From contig CAVXQJ010000016.1 of assembly GCA_963763745.1 (NCBI GenBank), positions 513,029 through 577,028 on the forward strand: 64,000 nucleotides of DNA, in the 5' to 3' direction. The notes under the pieces were generated by a model that was not told where the DNA came from, ran no database searches, and was given only the letters and a program-made list of their open reading frames with translations. Origin of the DNA: an uncultured delta proteobacterium. GTDB lineage: Bacteria; Myxococcota_A; Polyangia; Polyangiales; Polyangiaceae. Position numbers and translations under genes: made by a program. The stretch's first letter is position 1. Each line of letters starts with the position of its first letter. Below are positions 27,591 to 38,944 of this stretch, piece after piece.

Positions 27591-28733
27591 ATGAGCATCG
27601 GCCGAATCCTGATTTTTCTCGCGATCGTCCTCTCGATCACGGCGGGCATTCACTACTTCTTGTGGATTCGGCTCGCGCGCGATCCCGCGTGGTCCGCGCC
27701 GATCGTGAAGGGCATGGGATGGGCGCTCGCCGCGCTCGCCGCGTCGATTCCACTCGGGCTCATCGCGTCGCGCTCGCTGTCGCGCGAGGCGGCGTCGCCG
27801 TTTTCGTGGATCGCCTACGGGTGGATGGGCGTGATGTTCGTTTTGTTCCTCACGCTCCTGCCGATGGAGCTCGTTCGCGTGGGTGCGCGCATTGGGGGCG
27901 TCGATCCGGAGCGTCGCGTCGCGCTCGCGCGGATCCTCGCGGGCGCCGCGGGCGTCATCGGTTTGCTCGAGAGCGGCGTCGGGCTCGCGTCGGTGCTCTC
28001 GCGCGTCGCCGTGAAGCAAGTGCGCGTTCCGATCGCGAAGCTCCCGAAGGGTCTATCCGGCTACACGATCGTCCAGCTCACCGACATCCACGTCGGTCCC
28101 ACGATCGGCCGCGCGTTCATCGATCAGATCGTCCGCACGACGAACGCGCTCGCGCCGGACATGGTCGCGATCACCGGCGACCTCGTCGACGGCTCCGTCA
28201 AAGATCTCGGCGCGCTCGTCGAGCCGCTCAAAGAGCTCCGCGCGAAGGACGGCGTGTTCTTCGTGACGGGCAACCACGAGTACTATTCGGGGGTCGACGC
28301 GTGGATCGCCCATCTTCGCACGCTCGGAATACGTGTATTGCGCAACGAACGCATCGAGCTCCGAGAGGGGCTCGACTTGGCCGGCGTCGACGACACGAGC
28401 GCGCACAACTTCGGCCACGGTCACGGTCAGGACGTCCCTCGCGCGATGGCGGGCCGCGACGAATCGCGCGCGATGGTTCTGCTCGCGCATCAACCGAAGG
28501 CGATCGTCGATGCGTCCAAGCACGGCGTCGATCTCCAGCTCTCGGGTCACACGCACGGCGGACAGATCTGGCCGTGGGGATACGCGGTCAGGCTCGATCA
28601 ACCGCACGTCGCGGGTCTTCACGATCACGACGGCACCGCGATCTACGTCTCCGCGGGCACCGGTTATTGGGGACCGCCGATGCGCGTCGGCGCGCCCGCC
28701 GAAATCACGCGCATCGAGCTCGTTGCGACGTGA
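27591..28733 (+). CDS. Membrane-anchored metallophosphoesterase (calcineurin-like)
   Basis: Four N-terminal TM helices then DIHVG...GDLVD...GNHE...GHTH motifs. Confidence 0.8.
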   Translation: MSIGRILIFLAIVLSITAGIHYFLWIRLARDPAWSAPIVKGMGWALAALAASIPLGLIASRSLSREAASPFSWIAYGWMGVMFVLFLTLLPMELVRVGARIGGVDPERRVALARILAGAAGVIGLLESGVGLASVLSRVAVKQVRVPIAKLPKGLSGYTIVQLTDIHVGPTIGRAFIDQIVRTTNALAPDMVAITGDLVDGSVKDLGALVEPLKELRAKDGVFFVTGNHEYYSGVDAWIAHLRTLGIRVLRNERIELREGLDLAGVDDTSAHNFGHGHGQDVPRAMAGRDESRAMVLLAHQPKAIVDASKHGVDLQLSGHTHGGQIWPWGYAVRLDQPHVAGLHDHDGTAIYVSAGTGYWGPPMRVGAPAEITRIELVAT

Positions 28734-28764
28734 ATAACGACGCGTCGGAACGCGTCGGACGCTC

Positions 28765-29508
28765 GTGACTTCCTTGCGTGGCGCCGCCACGCTCATCTCG
28801 ATTCTCTTCGCGTGCGCGTGTCAGCCGATGGTGTTTCCACGCACCGCGGAGATCGCACAGCCGAAGAGCGTCTCGCTGCAAGGCGGTGTGCAGCTTCTGT
28901 CGCTCGAGCCACAATCCGTCGTCGAGCTCTCCGGCGCCGGAAAGAGCGCGACGGTGGGATTCTTTCCCGATTGGGATCTCGAGCTCCACGTCGGGCTCGG
29001 TCGATGCGAGACGGGTCTCGTGCTCGTCGACTTCGGCGGGATGGCGGAGCTTCGCTGCATGGCGCTTCGGCGTCCGATCAGCATCGCGTTCTCGGGCGCC
29101 GCGGGCGCTGCGGCGTCGTCGGGGATTGGCTTCGCACCCGCGGCTCGCCTCGGCATCGACGTCAGCCATCGCTTCGGAAGCTTCGAGCCGCTCATCGACG
29201 TCTACGTCACGAGCGCGGCGCAGCAGCACTTCATCCAAACCGGCATCGCGAACGATCCCGTCGTTGGTCCGGTCGGCGATACGATGGGACGCCACGAAAT
29301 CCGCCTCACGATCCCGATCGGCTTCGCGATCCTCTTTCCCGACAAAGCCCACTTGCCGCTGAATCCCACGCTGCGCTCCCTCATCTTCGGAGTCGAGCCG
29401 TGGTTCGTGCTCGCGTCGCTCAAAAACATACAGTTCGATCCAATCGTCTCGAGCTACCAGACGGATCGCTTCGGCGTCGGATTCACGATGAGCCTCGCCT
29501 TCCGCTGA
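28765..29508 (+). CDS. Hypothetical lipoprotein
   Basis: Lipobox LFACAC; 247 aa, beta-rich, no recognised domain. Confidence 0.45.
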   Translation: MTSLRGAATLISILFACACQPMVFPRTAEIAQPKSVSLQGGVQLLSLEPQSVVELSGAGKSATVGFFPDWDLELHVGLGRCETGLVLVDFGGMAELRCMALRRPISIAFSGAAGAAASSGIGFAPAARLGIDVSHRFGSFEPLIDVYVTSAAQQHFIQTGIANDPVVGPVGDTMGRHEIRLTIPIGFAILFPDKAHLPLNPTLRSLIFGVEPWFVLASLKNIQFDPIVSSYQTDRFGVGFTMSLAFR

Positions 29509-29527
29509 GCGGTGATAAGCTCTTCTG

Positions 29528-29992
29528 ATGCGCGCGATCCTTTTTGCATGTGCAGTCGTCGTCGCAGCGTGTAGCTCCTCCACGCCCAGCAACTCCGATG
29601 GTGGAACCACGGGCGACGGTACCGCGGAGCAAGCGTGCGTCGATGCGATCAACAACTATCGCGCGACGCTGAGCCTCCCGTCGTACACGCGATGGAACGC
29701 CGAAGAGTCGTGCGCGGACGGGCAAGCCAAGAGCGACTCGCAGAGCGGCAAAGCACACGGCGCGTTCGGACAATGCACCGAGAACGCGCAGAACGAGTGC
29801 CCTGGTTGGCCCGGCCCGCCGTCGTCGATGATCGGCAACTGTCTCGCCATGATGTGGGCCGAAGGACCGGGCGCCGATTTTTCGACGCACGGCCACTACA
29901 TCAACATGTCGAGCACGCAGTACACGCAAGTCGCGTGCGGCTTCTACACGCTCTCCGATGGGAGCGTGTGGGCAGTCCAAGACTTCCGATGA
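29528..29992 (+). CDS. CAP/SCP/PR-1 superfamily lipoprotein
   Basis: Lipobox VVAAC; GHYINMSSTQYTQVACG CAP signature. Confidence 0.6.
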   Translation: MRAILFACAVVVAACSSSTPSNSDGGTTGDGTAEQACVDAINNYRATLSLPSYTRWNAEESCADGQAKSDSQSGKAHGAFGQCTENAQNECPGWPGPPSSMIGNCLAMMWAEGPGADFSTHGHYINMSSTQYTQVACGFYTLSDGSVWAVQDFR

Positions 29993-30010
29993 CGTGCTAA
30001 GTCGGAGGGC

Positions 30011-31678
30011 ATGACACGTTCGGTTCGCGCGCCGCGCGGCTCGGAGATTTCTTGCAAGGGCTGGGTGCAAGAGGCGGTGCTGCGCATGCTGCACAACAAC
30101 CTCGACGCCGAGGTCGCCGAGCGCCCGGATGATCTCATCGTCTACGGCGGCACGGGCAAAGCCGCGCGCTCGTGGGAAGCGTTCGACGTGATCGTGCGCG
30201 AGCTTCGCGAGCTCGCATCGGACGAGACGCTGCTCGTGCAATCGGGGAAAGCAGTCGGCAAATTCAAGACGCACGACATGGCGCCGCGCGTGCTCATCGC
30301 GAACTCGAATTTGGTTCCGAAGTGGGCGACGTGGGACGAGTTTCGCCGGCTCGAAGCGCTCGGCCTCACGATGTTCGGGCAGATGACCGCGGGCTCGTGG
30401 ATCTACATCGGCACGCAAGGAATTCTCCAAGGCACGTTCGAGACGTTCGTCGCCGCGCGGCGCGCGTATACGAAACGCACGGGAAAGCCCGCGGATTGGG
30501 TGCTCACCGCGGGCCTCGGCGGAATGGGCGGCGCGCAACCGCTCGCCGCGACGATGAGCGGCATGTCGTGTCTCGCCGTCGAGGTCGATCCGGCGCGCAT
30601 CCAGAAACGCCTCGAGACGCGCTACGTCGACGCGCAAGTCGAGAGCCTCGACGAAGCGCTCGATCGAATCGAAGCAGCACGCAAAGCGGGCAAGCCGACG
30701 AGCCTCGGGCTTCTCGGCAACGCCGCGGAGATTTATCCCGAGCTCGCGTCGCGCGGCGTCGTCCCGCCGCTCGTCACCGAACAAACCGCCGCGCACGATC
30801 CGCTGAACGGTTACATCCCGCTCGGTTTGTCGTTGCAAGAAGCCGCCGAATTGCGCGCCGAAGATCCCGAAGGCTACATCGAGCGCGCGAAGGCGAGCAT
30901 GGCGGAAGAAGTCACGGCGATGCTCGCGATGAAAAAAGCGGGCGCCGAAGTCTTCGATTACGGAAACAACATTCGCGCGTGCGCGAAGGAAGCGGGCGAG
31001 GAGCGCGCGTTCGAGATCGAGGGCTTCGTCCCGCTCTACGTGCGTCCGCTCTTCTGCACGGGCAAAGGTCCGTTTCGTTGGGTCGCGCTCTCGGGCGATC
31101 CCGAGGACATCGCACGCACGGACGAAGCCGTCCTCGCGGCGGTCGACGATCCGGATCTCAAGCGATGGATCGAGATGGCGCGCGAGCGCGTGAAGTTCCA
31201 GGGCCTCCCCGCGCGCATCTGCTGGCTCGGCTACGGCGATCGCGCGCAGGTCGGTCTCGCGTTCAACGAGCTCGTTCGCACCGGAAAAGTGAAGGCGCCG
31301 ATCGTCATCGGTCGCGATCACCTCGATTGCGGATCGGTCGCGTCACCGAACCGCGAGACCGAGTCGATGAAAGACGGCTCCGACGCGATCGCCGATTGGG
31401 CGATCCTGAACGCGCTCGTGAACACGGCGGCCGGCGCGAGCTGGGTGAGCTTCCATCACGGCGGCGGCGTTGGCATCGGCATGTCGCTACACGCGGGGAT
31501 GGTCGTCGTCGCGGACGGAACGAAAGAAGCCGCGATGCGCCTCGAGCGCGTCCTCACGAGCGATCCCGGAATGGGCGTCATTCGTCACGCGGACGCGGGC
31601 TACGCAGAAGCGATCACCTTCGCGAACGAGCACGGCGTTCACGTGCCGCACCTCGTCAAAGACCCCACTTCGCTTTGA
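30011..31678 (+). CDS. hutU: Urocanate hydratase
   Basis: 555 aa; full-length match to HutU pattern (NAD-binding [11 protein letters not shown]-terminal catalytic region). Confidence 0.9.
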   Translation: MTRSVRAPRGSEISCKGWVQEAVLRMLHNNLDAEVAERPDDLIVYGGTGKAARSWEAFDVIVRELRELASDETLLVQSGKAVGKFKTHDMAPRVLIANSNLVPKWATWDEFRRLEALGLTMFGQMTAGSWIYIGTQGILQGTFETFVAARRAYTKRTGKPADWVLTAGLGGMGGAQPLAATMSGMSCLAVEVDPARIQKRLETRYVDAQVESLDEALDRIEAARKAGKPTSLGLLGNAAEIYPELASRGVVPPLVTEQTAAHDPLNGYIPLGLSLQEAAELRAEDPEGYIERAKASMAEEVTAMLAMKKAGAEVFDYGNNIRACAKEAGEERAFEIEGFVPLYVRPLFCTGKGPFRWVALSGDPEDIARTDEAVLAAVDDPDLKRWIEMARERVKFQGLPARICWLGYGDRAQVGLAFNELVRTGKVKAPIVIGRDHLDCGSVASPNRETESMKDGSDAIADWAILNALVNTAAGASWVSFHHGGGVGIGMSLHAGMVVVADGTKEAAMRLERVLTSDPGMGVIRHADAGYAEAITFANEHGVHVPHLVKDPTSL

Positions 31679-32624
31679 GATACGTCTCGATCGCCGCGCG
31701 ATCGTTGTCGTTGAGGACCTTCGCGTAGAGGATGATTTCGCCGATGAGCCCGCAGTAGCTCCGATAGCCGCTCGACCCTGCGACGTAGCCCACGAAGTTC
31801 GACGTTCGCGTGACGTTCTTCGGCGTCGTCATGAAGTTGTTCACCGCGGTGACCGCGTTGCCATCGAGGTAGAGGTACCCGCTCGTCGATGCGTTTTCCG
31901 GCGATTGCGGCAAGACTGCTTCGTAGACGTGCGTGATGCCGTTGACCCAAGTCGTGCCGCCGTCTGCGGTGACGTTGCCCGTTCCGTTCGTCACTTCGCT
32001 CGCGATCCGGAAATCGCCCGACGTCGTGTTGCCCGGCGTTGGGTTGCGACCCAACCAAACTTCGCCGTTCGTGGTCGTGTCGTCTGGCGCCATGTCGAGG
32101 AAGCCGGACGCGTTGCCGATGAACGAGCTGTTGCAATCTTGAGGCTGCGCGACGACGAAAATGGCGAGCCCGTTCGTGAAGTCGGAGAAGCCCGACGACA
32201 CGGCAAAACAATTCGCGAAGTACGGATTGAACGACCACGCGGGAAGCCCGTGGAGCGAGTTCGTGAGGAGCGAAGGCGCGCTACACGACGCGTCGTTCGA
32301 GCTCACCGTGTAGCTCTTCGGCGAGCGATCCGTCCACGTGGAGAGTCCGCCGTCGACCGCGTTCGCGCCGAAATCCGCGGAGAGCCAAAGCTCGAGACCG
32401 GCGATCGACGTTGGCGAGAACCCCGCCTCGACCGGCGCGTCCGCCGAGACGTCGCTCGGTGCGTCGGCACCTGCGTCCGTCGCGGTGTCGATCGCGACGT
32501 CGGATGCGTCGTTCCCACGCAAATCGTCGAGCGGCGTGAGTAGCGTGCACGCCGTGAATGCCGCCGCCGCTGCGATCGTGAAATACCTGCCCCGCACGAG
32601 CCAAGGTTCGCAGACTTGCATCAT
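31656..32624 (-). CDS. Secreted concanavalin-A-like lectin/glucanase (LamG-like) domain protein
   Basis: Trimmed from ORF 31656..33326 to MMQVCEPW...AAAAAFTAC signal; C-terminal LamG-like [37 protein letters not shown]; convergent 23-nt overlap with hutU. Confidence 0.55.
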   Translation of the reverse strand: MMQVCEPWLVRGRYFTIAAAAAFTACTLLTPLDDLRGNDASDVAIDTATDAGADAPSDVSADAPVEAGFSPTSIAGLELWLSADFGANAVDGGLSTWTDRSPKSYTVSSNDASCSAPSLLTNSLHGLPAWSFNPYFANCFAVSSGFSDFTNGLAIFVVAQPQDCNSSFIGNASGFLDMAPDDTTTNGEVWLGRNPTPGNTTSGDFRIASEVTNGTGNVTADGGTTWVNGITHVYEAVLPQSPENASTSGYLYLDGNAVTAVNNFMTTPKNVTRTSNFVGYVAGSSGYRSYCGLIGEIILYAKVLNDNDRAAIETYLKAKWGL

Positions 32625-32651
32625 CGACTCAACTCGGCTTTCACTGGGGCG

Positions 32652-32975
32652 ATGCCGACGCGCAAGCGTTACCTCTTCGTGTGCACGAACCGTCGCAAGG
32701 ACGACGATCCGAAAGGCTCGTGCGCGCAGAAGGGCTCGGAGAAGATCGCCGATGATCTCAAGGCCGCGATCGCGAAGCTCGGCGCGCAAAAGACGATTCG
32801 CGCGTGCAAGACGAGCTGCTTGGATCTGTGCGAATGGGGCGCGTCCATCGTCGTCGAGCCGGATCACGTCGTCTACGGTCGCGTGACGGAATCGGACGTC
32901 GAGGAGATCGCGCGCGCGACCGCCGAGGGCCGCATCGTCGAGCGCTTGCGCATCACCCCCGCGACGGAGAAATGA
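32652..32975 (+). CDS. Thioredoxin-like [2Fe-2S] ferredoxin family protein
   Basis: RYLFVCTN...GSC...C...LDLCEW four-Cys pattern; start moved to MPTRKRYLFVC. Confidence 0.55.
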   Translation: MPTRKRYLFVCTNRRKDDDPKGSCAQKGSEKIADDLKAAIAKLGAQKTIRACKTSCLDLCEWGASIVVEPDHVVYGRVTESDVEEIARATAEGRIVERLRITPATEK

Positions 32976-33413
32976 GTGGCAGCGTTTCGTTTCACCGAGC
33001 GCCTCGCGGGCAAGATGTACTTGCTGGGCGATCCGCTCGTGGAGCGCGACGTGTCGCTCGACATCGACGCGCACTTGCGCAAGCTGACGACGCGCATCGC
33101 CCAGGTGACGGGGCGCATCCGCGCTGACGGCCTCGCCGCGAACGCGCCGCTGCAAGGCACGCTCGGTCTCCACGCGCTCCACGATCGACGCGTCCCGTAC
33201 GATCTTGCGTTCACGGACGACCAAGGCCGGAGCCTCCGATTGCGCGGCGAAAAAGATCTGAGCTGGCTCGCGCCCGTCGAGACGCTCGTCGTGATGCACT
33301 TCACGATCGGCACGTCCGAAGCGCACGCGTGGCGCGAAATCGCGCGAGGCACCTTGCGCACGACCAACACCGCGAGCGCGCTCGTGCGCTCCTTACGCTT
33401 TGCGCCGATTTGA
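32976..33413 (+). CDS. Hypothetical protein
   Basis: GTG start immediately after upstream stop; 145 aa; no recognised domain. Confidence 0.4.
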   Translation: MAAFRFTERLAGKMYLLGDPLVERDVSLDIDAHLRKLTTRIAQVTGRIRADGLAANAPLQGTLGLHALHDRRVPYDLAFTDDQGRSLRLRGEKDLSWLAPVETLVVMHFTIGTSEAHAWREIARGTLRTTNTASALVRSLRFAPI

Positions 33414-33428
33414 TCTTCGGAGGTTTTC

Positions 33429-33977
33429 ATGGAGCGTCTCGTCCCGGAATCGACCGTGCTCTTGGTGGTGGACGTGCAAGAGAGGCTCGCCGCAGCGATG
33501 CCGCCGAACGCGCTGGAGCGACTCGTGCATAATACACGCATACTCCTCGACGCCGCGCGTTTGTGCGGCGTGCACGTCGTCGTGACGGAGCAGTACCCGA
33601 AGGGTCTCGGGAAGACGCTTCCCCCGCTCGCGGAAAAAATCTCGGTGCCGCCGATCGAAAAGCTCGACTTCAGCGCATGGGACTCGTCCGCAGTGCGCGA
33701 CGCGATCGCCGCGCGGCCGCACAAGAGCGTGATCGTCGCAGGCATGGAGTCGCACGTGTGCGTCTTCCAGACGGCGCGCGATCTCGTGAAGGCAGGCTAC
33801 CAGGCGCACGTCGTGTCGGACGCGGTCGCCTCGCGCACGGAAGAGAACCGCCTCGCCGGTCTCGCGCTCGCCGAACGCGCGGGCGCGATCGTGAACGTCA
33901 CGGAGACGATCGCGTTCGACTGGGTGCGCCGCGCCGAAGGCGACACGTTCAAGGCGATCTCGAAGCTCGTGCGCTAG
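33429..33977 (+). CDS. Isochorismatase-family cysteine hydrolase
   Basis: LLVVDVQ...AGMESHVCV catalytic Cys context typical of isochorismatase-like hydrolases. Confidence 0.8.
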   Translation: MERLVPESTVLLVVDVQERLAAAMPPNALERLVHNTRILLDAARLCGVHVVVTEQYPKGLGKTLPPLAEKISVPPIEKLDFSAWDSSAVRDAIAARPHKSVIVAGMESHVCVFQTARDLVKAGYQAHVVSDAVASRTEENRLAGLALAERAGAIVNVTETIAFDWVRRAEGDTFKAISKLVR

Positions 33978-34459
33978 CTCACATCCATTGCAAGGAGCGC
34001 CGCGCGGAACGCGGCGAGCTCCTCTCCTTTGATACGCCCGCCGTATCTTCGCACGAGCGCGCGCAGCTCGGGACTGGAGATGTGGCAGCGGCGGCTGATG
34101 AGGCGGTGCTTGCGGACGTAAGCGAACACCTGCCGCATGCGCGGGAGCGAGACGGCTTCGACGCTCGCCGCGAAACGAACGCGCATCGCTTCGAGCTCTT
34201 CAGAGGCGAACTGCTCGTATGGTTTTCGCGTCTCGCGCTCCGACTCCCAAGGCCCGCCACTGCTCTCGTAGTGAATGCCGTCACGCCACACGCTCTTGTC
34301 GGCGAAGTGGCTCCAATGCACTTCGCCTTTCGGCACGCTCGGATCGAGCTCGAGCCACGGCGTTTGCATGCCGGAGATCGAGGCCGCCGTCAGTCGTCCG
34401 CGCGCATCGTATCGAAGACGGAGAACGCGGTCGCCGAGACGCTCCTCGATCTGCGCCAT
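33974..34459 (-). CDS. Hypothetical protein (161 aa)
   Basis: Trimmed from ORF 33974..35020 to MAQIEERLGD...; upstream part of that ORF is Arg-rich off-frame. Confidence 0.45.
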   Translation of the reverse strand: MAQIEERLGDRVLRLRYDARGRLTAASISGMQTPWLELDPSVPKGEVHWSHFADKSVWRDGIHYESSGGPWESERETRKPYEQFASEELEAMRVRFAASVEAVSLPRMRQVFAYVRKHRLISRRCHISSPELRALVRRYGGRIKGEELAAFRAALLAMDVS

Positions 34460-34461
34460 GC

Positions 34462-35049
34462 TCAATTCGTGATGAGCGCGTAGACCTCGTCGATGGTCGT
34501 CCCGCTCTGGTCGACTTGCATCTCGAGCGCGCTGCCGACGAACGCGTAGCGCGCGTGCTGCGTTGGCGTCGCGGAAGGGCAGGTCCCCGTGATGTCGAGC
34601 TCGCCGCTCGCGGGCTCCGTTCCGATCGAGCTTGTGCGTGAAATGGTTTGCGGGTTCGTGATGGCAGCGGCTTCGATGTCCCAACCGCCGCTCGTCTTCG
34701 TGAGCTGGAGCGCTGCTTGAACGGATCCGACGGTGCCGCTCGCGCCGTTCGGACCGGTGAAGACGGTGGCCGACTTCAAGATGTAGACGCCGCCGACGAG
34801 CGGCGTGGTCTGTCCCGCGAACGGCGGCGCGGACTCTGCGAGCTCTTGAATCGTGATCGTCGGTGCGAGGCCCACGTCGACTTGGTTGCACGCTCCGCCA
34901 TCGTTCGGCGGAACGACGACGTCGACCTTGGACGAGTCTTTCACGCTCACATCGGTCGCGTCGGCTGCCGCATCGGTCGCGCTCGAGTCGTCGCTGATCT
35001 GTCCGCCGCACGCGGCACAAGCGAGAACGACGACGACGACGCGCATCAT
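34462..35049 (-). CDS. Hypothetical lipoprotein
   Basis: Trimmed from ORF 34462..35304 to MMRVVVVVLACAACGG lipobox; start overlaps upstream stop (TGATG). Confidence 0.5.
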   Translation of the reverse strand: MMRVVVVVLACAACGGQISDDSSATDAAADATDVSVKDSSKVDVVVPPNDGGACNQVDVGLAPTITIQELAESAPPFAGQTTPLVGGVYILKSATVFTGPNGASGTVGSVQAALQLTKTSGGWDIEAAAITNPQTISRTSSIGTEPASGELDITGTCPSATPTQHARYAFVGSALEMQVDQSGTTIDEVYALITN

Positions 35050-35288
35050 CACCCTTGCTTGGGCTCGCTCGACTGACCTTCGAGCCAGAGCTTCGTCACC
35101 TTGAGCTTGCCGGGAATGCGCGACGGCCCGAGCTCGACGTTGATCTTCGCGCCCGGGGTGAGATCCTTGGAAGCCGCGAGCGACACGACCGCATCGAAGG
35201 AGAGCTCTCCCGTTCCTTCGATGTTCACCTTGCCGAAGCCCGCTTCCTTCTGAAACGAAACGACCACGCCTTTTCCGGTCTGCGCCAT
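35049..35288 (-). CDS. Small OB-fold (cold-shock-like) protein
   Basis: MAQTGKGVVVSFQKEAGFGKVNIEGTGELSFDAVVSL follows the G.V..F....GFG.I cold-shock pattern; 79 aa. Confidence 0.4.
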   Translation of the reverse strand: MAQTGKGVVVSFQKEAGFGKVNIEGTGELSFDAVVSLAASKDLTPGAKINVELGPSRIPGKLKVTKLWLEGQSSEPKQG

Positions 35289-35356
35289 GACTCGAGCGTA
35301 TCACGCCAGATCGTCACCGAACTTGACATCTTGTCTGGCCATGACAGAGTGACGAC

Positions 35357-36769
<1,413 letters not shown>

Positions 36770-36773
36770 GACC

Positions 36774-37607
36774 TCATTGCTTCGTGAAGACGAGGGCTCG
36801 GCCGTCCGGCGCATAAAGCGTCACCGTCGTCGGCGTGGCTTGGTATGTCGTGTACGCGAGTGTGCCTGTGAACGGGCAGCTCTGCGTGAGCGTGATCGAT
36901 CCGGCGCTCGCGACGAACGACCCGTTCGCGCGGCCCGTGCTTCCATCGTTCCCCGCGTCGTCGATGTCGTTGTCGACGAGCGCGTACTTGCCCGCGGCGA
37001 CTTCGTTCGTGATGCAGTAGGTCGCGCCCGTGGGTCCGCTGCCGCTGTCTGCGCCCGCGTACGCGTACGCGGCCGTCACGACGTACGTGCCGTCGACGAC
37101 GAAGCCGCCGTCGACCGCCGGCATCGCACTCGCGACGAACACCTCCGCGACGCTCGCGCCGATCTGAACGACCGCGTTGCACGCCGTGGCGGCATCCGTG
37201 TGCGCGTCCTGCGATGCGTCCGGAGCCGCACACGTCCCATCTGTGCACGATGTCGCATGCGGACAGACGACGCCGCACCCTCCGCAGTTGAACGAGTCGG
37301 CTTGCAAGTTCGCGCAGAACGTTGCGCCCGTTGTGCCACATGCCGTCGGGCTGGTGGGCGGACAGTCTTCGCACGTCGAGCTCTGACACAATTGGTTCGG
37401 AGCGCACGCAAGGCCGCATCCACCACAGTTGTCTCGATCGCTCGCCGTGTCGACGCACTGCCCATTGCACAGACCCACGCCCGCGTCGCAGGCGTTATCG
37501 GTGTACTCGACGTCGTACGTTCGGCACGCGCCGAAGATCGCGATCACGACGACGATGACCGAGCGACGCGACACGCTCGCAGCGTAACGCAAACGTGAGG
37601 TTGTCAC
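36774..37607 (-). CDS. Lipoprotein with Cys-rich NCGGCG repeats (paralogous architecture to 23013..24134)
   Basis: Lipobox IAIFGAC; DNCGGCGLACAPNQLC and FNCGGCGVVCPHATSC repeats. Confidence 0.6.
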   Translation of the reverse strand: MTTSRLRYAASVSRRSVIVVVIAIFGACRTYDVEYTDNACDAGVGLCNGQCVDTASDRDNCGGCGLACAPNQLCQSSTCEDCPPTSPTACGTTGATFCANLQADSFNCGGCGVVCPHATSCTDGTCAAPDASQDAHTDAATACNAVVQIGASVAEVFVASAMPAVDGGFVVDGTYVVTAAYAYAGADSGSGPTGATYCITNEVAAGKYALVDNDIDDAGNDGSTGRANGSFVASAGSITLTQSCPFTGTLAYTTYQATPTTVTLYAPDGRALVFTKQ

Positions 37608-37696
37608 TTTGTCAGCGCACCAACCATCCTACGGGGATCGCGGACAAGCTGTCGGACTTCAGTAAGGAATACCGCGGGAAATAGCAGGTTTTGTGA

Positions 37697-37712
37697 TGGC
37701 ACGTCGCTCGCA
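37697..37712 (+). promoter_or_regulatory. Candidate sigma-54 (-24/-12) promoter upstream of gspC (approximate)
   Basis: TGGCAC-gtcgc-TCGCA: GG and GC dinucleotides separated by 10 nt as in the TGGCAC-N5-TTGCA consensus; about 20 nt upstream of the gspC ATG; a sigma-54 activator is encoded 1 kb upstream. Confidence 0.35.
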
Positions 37713-37731
37713 GAGACGGACCCTTTGAAGT

Positions 37732-38694
37732 ATGGCCACGCCGTTCGATCAACTCCTCAAACGCCACTTTTGGGCGCCCACGCTCGCGCTGACCTCGGTC
37801 GCCGCGTTCTTCGGCGCTCGTGGCGTGGGTAACCTCTTCGGCGCGAGCCTCGGCGCGGACGACAAGCAACTCTCCGCGCCGCCGATGGCGACGAAGGCCG
37901 CACCCGCCTCGTCGAATGCAACGCAAAAGGCGACGAGCGCCGATCCGATCCTCGCGCGCAACCCGTTCGATTCGGTGACGGGACCGCTCCTTCGTGGCGT
38001 CGGCGACGACAACGCGATCGCAGTCCCCGTGGACATGAGCGATCCGACGAACGCGCCCACGTGCGACGGCGTGAAGGTCTTGATCATCGCCGCCTCGTCG
38101 GATCCGGATTGGTCGTTCGTCGCGCTGCAGGCCCCGGGCGATACGAAGAGCGTGCTTCGCCGTCGTGGCGGTGACTTCGCCGGTAAAGAGGTGAAGTTCG
38201 TCGGTTGGGATCGCGTGTGGCTCTCGGGTGGCGGTCAGCTCTGCCAAGCTTCGATGTTCAATCCGCAGGGCCCGCCTCCGACGACGCCCGTCGCGAGCGT
38301 CGCGCAACCTCCCCCCGCGGGCGGCGCGGGCGCCGTTCCGGACGACATCAAAAAAGGAATCGTTCGCATCAGCGCGACGGAGTTCAACATCGACCGCGGC
38401 ATCGTCGACAAGATCCTCGAGAACCAAGCCGAGCTGATGAAGCAGGCGCGCATCGTTCCCGAGCAAGAGAACGGCAAGGTCGTTGGCATTCGCCTCTTCG
38501 GCGTCCGCAACGACACGCTCCTCGGCGCGCTCGGAATGGAAAACGGCGATCGCCTTCAATCGATCAACGGATTCGACATGACCTCGCCCGAAAAAGCGCT
38601 CGAAGCCTACGCGCGACTTCGCACCGCCGATCACATGACGGTCGCGATCAACCGCAAAGGCTCCAACACGAACCTGGATTACAACATCAAATGA
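37732..38694 (+). CDS. gspC: Type II secretion system protein C (N-terminal TM, C-terminal PDZ)
   Basis: TM helix then C-terminal PDZ-like VVGIRLFGVRNDTLLGALGMENGDRLQSINGFDM; first gene of T2SS operon. Confidence 0.7.
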   Translation: MATPFDQLLKRHFWAPTLALTSVAAFFGARGVGNLFGASLGADDKQLSAPPMATKAAPASSNATQKATSADPILARNPFDSVTGPLLRGVGDDNAIAVPVDMSDPTNAPTCDGVKVLIIAASSDPDWSFVALQAPGDTKSVLRRRGGDFAGKEVKFVGWDRVWLSGGGQLCQASMFNPQGPPPTTPVASVAQPPPAGGAGAVPDDIKKGIVRISATEFNIDRGIVDKILENQAELMKQARIVPEQENGKVVGIRLFGVRNDTLLGALGMENGDRLQSINGFDMTSPEKALEAYARLRTADHMTVAINRKGSNTNLDYNIK

Positions 38695-38942
38695 ATCCCG
38701 AGACCCCGCTCCTCAAACAGACTCTTCGCACGACGGCCCTCATGGTCGTTCCCGTCGCGGCGTTTCTCGCGATCTTGAGCGCCGTCGCGCTCTTCGCCGT
38801 TCCGTCGTCTTCTCCGAGCGGCGCGACCAAGGAAGAGCGCGTCGTCACCGCGGGCGACAAGTCCGGCGATCAAGCGACGACGCCAGTCGCCAACCCGCGC
38901 ATCCCCGGCGCTCGCGCGACCGTCAAACCGAACAAGAACTGA
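38691..38942 (+). CDS. 83-aa single-pass membrane protein inserted between gspC and gspD
   Basis: ATG overlaps gspC stop (ATGA); MNPETPLLKQTLRTTALMVVPVAAFLAILSAVALFAVPSSS...; ends 2 nt before gspD start; last 83 codons of ORF 38205..38942. Confidence 0.5.
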   Translation: MNPETPLLKQTLRTTALMVVPVAAFLAILSAVALFAVPSSSPSGATKEERVVTAGDKSGDQATTPVANPRIPGARATVKPNKN

Positions 38943-38944
38943 TC

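Noticed and set aside
38205-38690. Upstream 162 codons of ORF 38205..38942
   Set aside because: Arg-rich off-frame overlap with gspC; only the last 83 codons (from the ATGA-coupled ATG at 38691) look coding.
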